Source of the DNA: a virus
Taxonomy: Duplodnaviria; Heunggongvirae; Uroviricota; Caudoviricetes
IMG/VR virus record: IMGVR_UViG_2579778804_000012
Location: 1 to 10,544 of that record
Strand: one strand, 5' to 3'
DNA length: 10,544 nucleotides
In this document: positions 6,270 to 10,544 of the stretch, piece after piece
Layout of the letters: the number at the start of each line of letters is the position of its first letter
How positions within the stretch are numbered: position 1 is the stretch's first letter
Translations under genes and position numbers: made by a program
Notes under the pieces: model-generated
What the model was told of the DNA's origin: nothing
Database searches by the model: none
The model's input: only the letters and a program-made list of their open reading frames with translations

Positions 6270-6688
6270 CAGCACAGATAGCGGCTTACGGGCGGCTGGT
6301 GGCTGACCCACAGTTAAAGACCACCAGCAAGGGCACACAAATGACGATGGCGAGTATGGCTGTCCCCCTGCCGTGCAGCCAGGCAGATGACGGAACGGCT
6401 ACGATGTGGTTATCCGTCCTGGCGTTTGGCAGACAGGCCGACGCACTGGCAAAACACCGCAAAGGCGAGCTGGTGAGCGTGGCGGGTAACATGCAGGTAA
6501 GCCAGTGGACAGGCCAGAACGGCGAAACGCGGCAGGGCTGGCAGGTTATCGCAGACAGCGTAATCAGTGCGAGAACGGCGCGACCGGGCGGCAAAAAAGG
6601 CCAGCAGGGGCAGGCTACTGACGCACTGAACAGGGCAAAACAACAGGCGGGGAATGATGATCCGTACGGGGATAACATACCGTTTTAA
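6266..6688 (+). CDS. ssb: single-stranded DNA-binding protein (SSB-like, short form)
   Basis: 140 aa; N-terminal OB-fold-like region, Gly/Gln-rich linker, and C-terminal acidic tip DDPYGDNIPF resembling the SSB D-I-P-F tail. Confidence 0.7.
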   Translation: MTAQIAAYGRLVADPQLKTTSKGTQMTMASMAVPLPCSQADDGTATMWLSVLAFGRQADALAKHRKGELVSVAGNMQVSQWTGQNGETRQGWQVIADSVISARTARPGGKKGQQGQATDALNRAKQQAGNDDPYGDNIPF

Positions 6689-6702
6689 GCAACGAGTGAC
6701 AG

Positions 6703-6727
6703 AAGCCGGAGAAATCCGGCTTTTTTG
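6703..6727 (+). terminator. rho-independent terminator after ssb (GCCGGA gaaa TCCGGC + TTTTTT)
   Basis: 6-bp GC stem, 4-nt loop, 6-T run, read directly. Confidence 0.7.
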
Positions 6728-6732
6728 TAGGT

Positions 6733-6880
6733 ACTCCTGGTGGGGGTGCCTGTCCACGGGGCGGCGGGGCGCGGAAAAAGGCGCATTTTTTGATTTTTAT
6801 GGCACCATCACCACCACTATAAGTTATTGATATATTGAGGAATAAAAATTTTTAGTGTCGAATCAGGTTGTTTTTTGTTC
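6733..6880. repeat. ~150-bp element, copy A: GC-rich core CTCCTGGTGGGGGTGCCTGTCCACGGGGCGGCGGGGCGCGGAAAAAGGCGCATTTTTT, His-codon-like CATCACCACCAC tract, ending GGTTGTTTTTTGTTC
   Basis: Aligns block by block with 9270-9420; both copies sit immediately after an intrinsic terminator. Confidence 0.7.
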
Positions 6881-7154
6881 ATCACTGGAGCGTTCCCGAA
6901 AGCATTTACAAAAAAACAGGCGCAAAAAAAGCGCCCCCGATTGCTGTTACCGGAGGCGCTTTTACACGACAAAGGAGTTTTTATCGCCAGGATGACGAGT
7001 CTTAATATTGCTTCAATAGCAAAAATGCGTCAATGGCTTTGCCTCTCTGAGAATAATCAGAAAAATCATAATCTGATTTTATGGTAGAAAATGATTTATC
7101 TATTACTTTTGTCGATCAATAATGATGCCCGTTAATCAAAACGGAGGCGGATTT

Positions 7155-7349
7155 ATGCCAGAGAACAACACCAGAAAGCCGGATAAAAGTGCCACGGTAC
7201 ACATAGACGCCGGAACTATGGAGAAGATCGAACGCTATCAGCAGTTCATCAAAGATAATCACCCGGGTATGCCAGTGCCCACGAAAGGACAAATCACACG
7301 CAGCGCGGTTGAATACTGGTACAGGGCAACGTTAGGAGCCTGGCTATGA
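7155..7349 (+). CDS. small protein (64 aa), possible RHH-type regulator, translationally coupled to the capsid gene
   Basis: ATG 7155 is 7 nt after RBS GGAGG (the track ORF starts earlier at 7122); its stop overlaps the ATG at 7346. Confidence 0.5.
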   Translation: MPENNTRKPDKSATVHIDAGTMEKIERYQQFIKDNHPGMPVPTKGQITRSAVEYWYRATLGAWL

Positions 7350-9235
7350 AAACATGGTTTTCCATTAAGGCTATGGCAGATGTTGTACATGTGCGCATTT
7401 ATGACGAGATCGGCGGGTACGGTGTAAAGGCATCGGCACTTACTGACGAGATCAACGCGTGCGGTAATGTGTCTGAAATCCATCTGAGCATTCATTCACC
7501 TGGTGGCGACATCTTTGAAGGGCTGGCTATCTATAACGCTCTGAAAAATCATCCGGCAAAAAAAATCGTACACATTGAAGGCATGGCGGCTTCTATGGCG
7601 TCGTTTATTGCCATGTGTGGAGATCACATCGTTATGCCTGAAAACGCGATGATGATGATACATGCCCCCCGTGGTGTTACTGCCGGAGTGTCGGGCGACG
7701 TTCGCCGCTTTGCTGATCTGATGGACAAGCTGGGCGACACGATGGCAGAAACCTATGCCGGAAGAACGGGCAGGAGCAAACAGGAGATCACCTCCATGAT
7801 GGAGGCGGAAACCTGGATGGATGGCAATGAGTGTAAGGCTAACGGCTTCGCAGATGAGGTTATACCCGCGATTACAGCAATGGCCCGAATTGAATCAAAA
7901 CGAATCGGAGATTTTTCAAATATGCCGGAAAAAATTAAAAGCATGATCAGCCAGAAAACTGGCAGTGGCGAACAGGAACGACTTAACGGAATCCGTGAAT
8001 TGTTTGGCACCTTCAACGGAAGATATAACGACCTGGCTATAAGTTGTCTTGCGGATTCAGAATGTAGCGTTGAGAATGCACGCGAACGCCTTTTACTCGC
8101 TATGGGTAAAGAATCAACGCCAACAAACAAAACCACCCCCGCAAATCTTTACTACGCGTACACGGATAACGGCAATATAACCGGCGATGCCATGCGTCAG
8201 GGGCTTAATGCGCGTCTTGGTCACGAACGGGCCGAACGCGGTAATCCTTACGCCATGATGAGCCTTTTCGATATGGCACAGGCATCATTAACCCATCGTG
8301 GTATAAGCACGGGCAGCTACAGCACACGCTCGCAGATAGTAAACGCGGCATTCACCCACAGCAGCAGCGATTTTACCGATATCCTTGCTGGTGGCGCTGA
8401 AAAATCAGTGCTTGCAGGCTGGGAGCACAGCGGCGAAACATTCCGCCAGTGGACGAAAAAAGGTTCCCTTTCAAACTTCCGGGAAGCCCGCCGCGTTGGT
8501 ATGAATGGCTTCTCAACGTTAAACAAAGTGCCGGAAGGGGCAGAATATAAATACATCACCACCAGCGATCGCGGTGAACCCATCGCGCTGGCTACTTACG
8601 GGAATATTTTCAGCATTACCCGCCAGGCGATAATCAATGATGACCTTGATCAGTTATCAACGGTGCCAATGGCTATGGGCCGTGCAGCATCAAGAACGGT
8701 GGGAAATCTGGTTAATCTGGTGCTTACAGGCAACGTAAAACTTTCTGACGGAATAGCGCTGTTTGACAAAAAACACAGCAACCTGATTGAAGCAGGACTG
8801 ACAACACCGGGACTTAGTGCAGCACGTCACCTGATGCGCACACAGAAGGACAAAAATGGCGAAGTGCTGAATATTGCGCCTAAATTCCTTTTAGTTCCGG
8901 CAGCACTGGAAGATCGCGCGTTGCAGATGATTAACTCAACCGCACCTTTCGGGGCTGATAAAAACAGCGGGATCTTTAACCCGTATCACAAGCTACTTGA
9001 TATCATCGTCGATCCCCGCCTTGATGATATCAGCGAAAAACAATGGTACATGCTTTCCGCACAGGGAACGGACACAATCGAGGTGGCTTATCTTGATGGC
9101 AATGACGAACCTTACCTTGAACAGCAGGAAGGCTTTATCGTTGACGGCGTGGCCTGGAAAGTCCGTATTGATGCAGGTGTGGCAGCTCTGGATTATCGCG
9201 GTATGGTCAAATCAGGCGGTACCGATTCACTATGA
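7346..9235 (+). CDS. prohead protease (ClpP/S14-like) fused to a probable major capsid protein, with a scaffold-like linker
   Basis: 629 aa; N-terminal 170 aa IHSPGGDIFEGLAIYNALKNH...HIEGMAASMASFIAMCGDHIVMPENAMMMIHAP matches the phage ClpP-like head-maturation protease pattern; the C-terminal ~400 aa is inferred to be capsid from size and context, not from a recognised motif. Confidence 0.75.
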   Translation: MKTWFSIKAMADVVHVRIYDEIGGYGVKASALTDEINACGNVSEIHLSIHSPGGDIFEGLAIYNALKNHPAKKIVHIEGMAASMASFIAMCGDHIVMPENAMMMIHAPRGVTAGVSGDVRRFADLMDKLGDTMAETYAGRTGRSKQEITSMMEAETWMDGNECKANGFADEVIPAITAMARIESKRIGDFSNMPEKIKSMISQKTGSGEQERLNGIRELFGTFNGRYNDLAISCLADSECSVENARERLLLAMGKESTPTNKTTPANLYYAYTDNGNITGDAMRQGLNARLGHERAERGNPYAMMSLFDMAQASLTHRGISTGSYSTRSQIVNAAFTHSSSDFTDILAGGAEKSVLAGWEHSGETFRQWTKKGSLSNFREARRVGMNGFSTLNKVPEGAEYKYITTSDRGEPIALATYGNIFSITRQAIINDDLDQLSTVPMAMGRAASRTVGNLVNLVLTGNVKLSDGIALFDKKHSNLIEAGLTTPGLSAARHLMRTQKDKNGEVLNIAPKFLLVPAALEDRALQMINSTAPFGADKNSGIFNPYHKLLDIIVDPRLDDISEKQWYMLSAQGTDTIEVAYLDGNDEPYLEQQEGFIVDGVAWKVRIDAGVAALDYRGMVKSGGTDSL

Positions 9236-9240
9236 CAACA

Positions 9241-9264
9241 AGGCGGCACCAGCCGCCTTTTTTG
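9241..9264 (+). terminator. rho-independent terminator after the capsid gene (GGCGGC acca GCCGCC + TTTTTT)
   Basis: 6-bp GC stem, 4-nt loop, 6-T run. Confidence 0.7.
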
Positions 9265-9269
9265 CGGGT

Positions 9270-9420
9270 CCTCCTGGTGGGGTGGGCCTGAACACGGGGC
9301 GGGCGGCGCGGAAAAAAGCGCATTTTTGTGATTTTATCGTCATCATCATCATGTGTGTAACCTATTGTTTTTAATGTGGTTGATGCAAAAAAGATGATGA
9401 AGAAGGTTATTTTTTGTTCG
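9270..9420. repeat. ~150-bp element, copy B (homolog of 6733-6880)
   Basis: CTCCTGGTGGGGTGGGCCTGAACACGGGGCGGGCGGCGCGGAAAAAAGCGCATTTTTG, then CATCATCATCAT, then GGTTATTTTTTGTTCG. Confidence 0.7.
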
Positions 9421-9492
9421 ACATCTTTTAGCGTGACAGATTCTTTACAAAAAATCTGAGCTTGTTTTCTTCACCAGCGCGATGGGGGCACA

Positions 9493-9774
9493 ATGACAGA
9501 AGCCGAAATACTGGGATTAATCCGCCGCGTCGCCGGAATCAGCCAGCAGGTTGACGAACAGGCCACGCAGCCGGACAGCATGACCGCAGATAATTATGTG
9601 CGTGTAGTGGTGGAGGTGATGCGCGGTGATGGTATCCAGCTTAATGATGTGGATATGCGCAACATACGAACCAGAGTCCTTGAGTTGCTGGCATACCGTC
9701 GCCGCGTGGAGATGTATCGGGAGAAGGAGAAAATCACGTACCACTGGAAGAAGCCGGAGCGGTTACGGCGGTAA
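9493..9774 (+). CDS. hypothetical protein (93 aa), downstream of the capsid gene
   Basis: ATG with GGGGG 4 nt upstream; charged, arginine-rich C-terminus; function not recognisable. Confidence 0.55.
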   Translation: MTEAEILGLIRRVAGISQQVDEQATQPDSMTADNYVRVVVEVMRGDGIQLNDVDMRNIRTRVLELLAYRRRVEMYREKEKITYHWKKPERLRR

Positions 9775-9888
9775 CTTGTTGATTAAAAGGCGGCTCAATT
9801 CTGAGCTGGGTAGCTGACGGCGGTAACTGTTTTATATTCCCGATAGCGCAAAAATGCGCGGTCGGGCAGAATGACCACCACCTCAATC

Positions 9889-9930
9889 GTGACGGAGAGT
9901 GACAACCAGTGACACACCGTGACAAAAAGA
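9889..9930. repeat. four tandem 10-bp phased GTGAC units (GTGACggaga GTGACaacca GTGACacacc GTGACaaaaa)
   Basis: Exact 10-bp phasing read directly; same motif family as the 1261-1310 array. Confidence 0.6.
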
Positions 9931-9975
9931 CGGTTTAACCGTTCATTAAAAATCGACGTGATTTTGTGCTATCAG

Positions 9976-10000
9976 GATGACGTGGCCAACGTCATTTTTT
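9976..10000 (+). terminator. intrinsic terminator candidate (GATGACGT ggcca ACGTCAT + T-run)
   Basis: 7-8-bp stem followed by TTTTTT at 9995-10000. Confidence 0.5.
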
Positions 10001-10391
10001 AGCGAAAAATTCTGATTAAGGTCACTGGCTGAATGGTCATAATGACCACGCAGACCATCGAGGCAACCATAGCGATCATCGTTACGGTTGGAGCTTTTCC
10101 GCCATTGGTGGAAAAGGTGCACATCTGGATCATCATTACGGTGATCAAGGGTATGTAAAACCCACCAGCCTGATTAAATGTTAACCGGAAAAAAAATCCG
10201 GTAGCCCCGTTATGGGAATCCCCATATCGACAGCAACGCCCCCTTAAAATTACCCGCCTTTATATTTCTTGTGCCTATTTGTTCCACGTTGTTTCATACA
10301 GTGCGCCGAACGGTGTAGTCACTGGTGTAGTTATTTTGAGTTTTTTTGCACTTCGGGCTTAATTGAAAATATAATTAAATCAATATGTTAT

Positions 10392-10544
10392 TCAAAATAG
10401 GTTATATATAACAGCAATAAATAATGCGAGAATAAACGGCACGATGATCTCGGCGGCAAAACGGATACCGCAGAGAATAATGACCAGCATTCCCAACATA
10501 ATGACGATTTTTAGGCCATTGAGCGTGATGATCGGCTTTGCCAT
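10392..10544 (-). pseudogene. 5' fragment of a membrane transporter gene (51 codons, 46-aa hydrophobic N-terminus); TqsA/PerM-like from memory, unverified
   Basis: Minus-strand ATG at the window edge encodes [46 protein letters not shown], then YNLF and a stop at 10392-10394; far shorter than a full transporter. Confidence 0.45.

Noticed and set aside
4506-6757. Minus-strand ORFs antisense to the helicase, the 6000..6269 gene and ssb (4506..4757, 4564..4860, 4940..5344, 5338..5760, 5550..5867, 5882..6241, 6286..6678, 6410..6757)
   Set aside because: All lie within well-supported plus-strand genes or the iteron array; typical antisense open frames in GC-rich coding DNA.
6875-7087. 70-aa plus-strand ORF in the intergenic region upstream of the capsid operon
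   Set aside because: Begins at a TTG with no RBS, inside the conserved repeat A terminus and hairpin-rich DNA; more likely regulatory sequence.
7259-9374. ORFs antisense to or overlapping the capsid gene (7259..7495, 7753..8136, 8317..8583 on minus; 8997..9374 on plus)
   Set aside because: Embedded in the 629-aa gene or running into the terminator and repeat B; no start signals.
9517-9925. ORFs 9517..9744 (-), 9626..9817 (+), 9734..9925 (-)
   Set aside because: Overlap the better-supported 9493..9774 gene or the phased repeat array; His/Cys-rich translations.
1-10544. CRISPR array, tRNA/tmRNA gene, rRNA, or IS element with terminal inverted repeats
   Set aside because: No regularly spaced repeats of 28-37 bp with unique spacers, no cloverleaf-like tRNA sequence and no transposase ORF were seen; the expected attachment-site tRNA is probably outside the window to the left of int.

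Overview
The window reads as one compact integrated phage-satellite-like island (PICI/P4-like in layout), running from the integrase start codon at position 1 to a truncated host membrane-protein gene at the right edge. Order, left to right: P4-type tyrosine integrase; AlpA-family regulator; a tandemly duplicated regulatory region (two minus-strand pairs of an Arc/RHH-like gene plus a small acidic protein, each facing a plus-strand GC hairpin leader); an Icd-like small ORF; an AT-rich block of small unknown genes; a RepA-like helicase followed by an AAGTGAG iteron array (putative origin); an SSB-like protein; and a ClpP-like prohead protease fused to a probable major capsid protein. No terminase, portal, primase, tRNA, CRISPR array or IS element was seen. 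The most unusual signals are three families of long internal repeats (a 43-bp perfect repeat, a ~70-bp hairpin leader repeat and a ~150-bp repeat that follows two terminators), the lone capsid gene, and 10-bp phased GTGA(C) repeats near both ends. All family assignments are from reading motifs by eye; none is database-verified.
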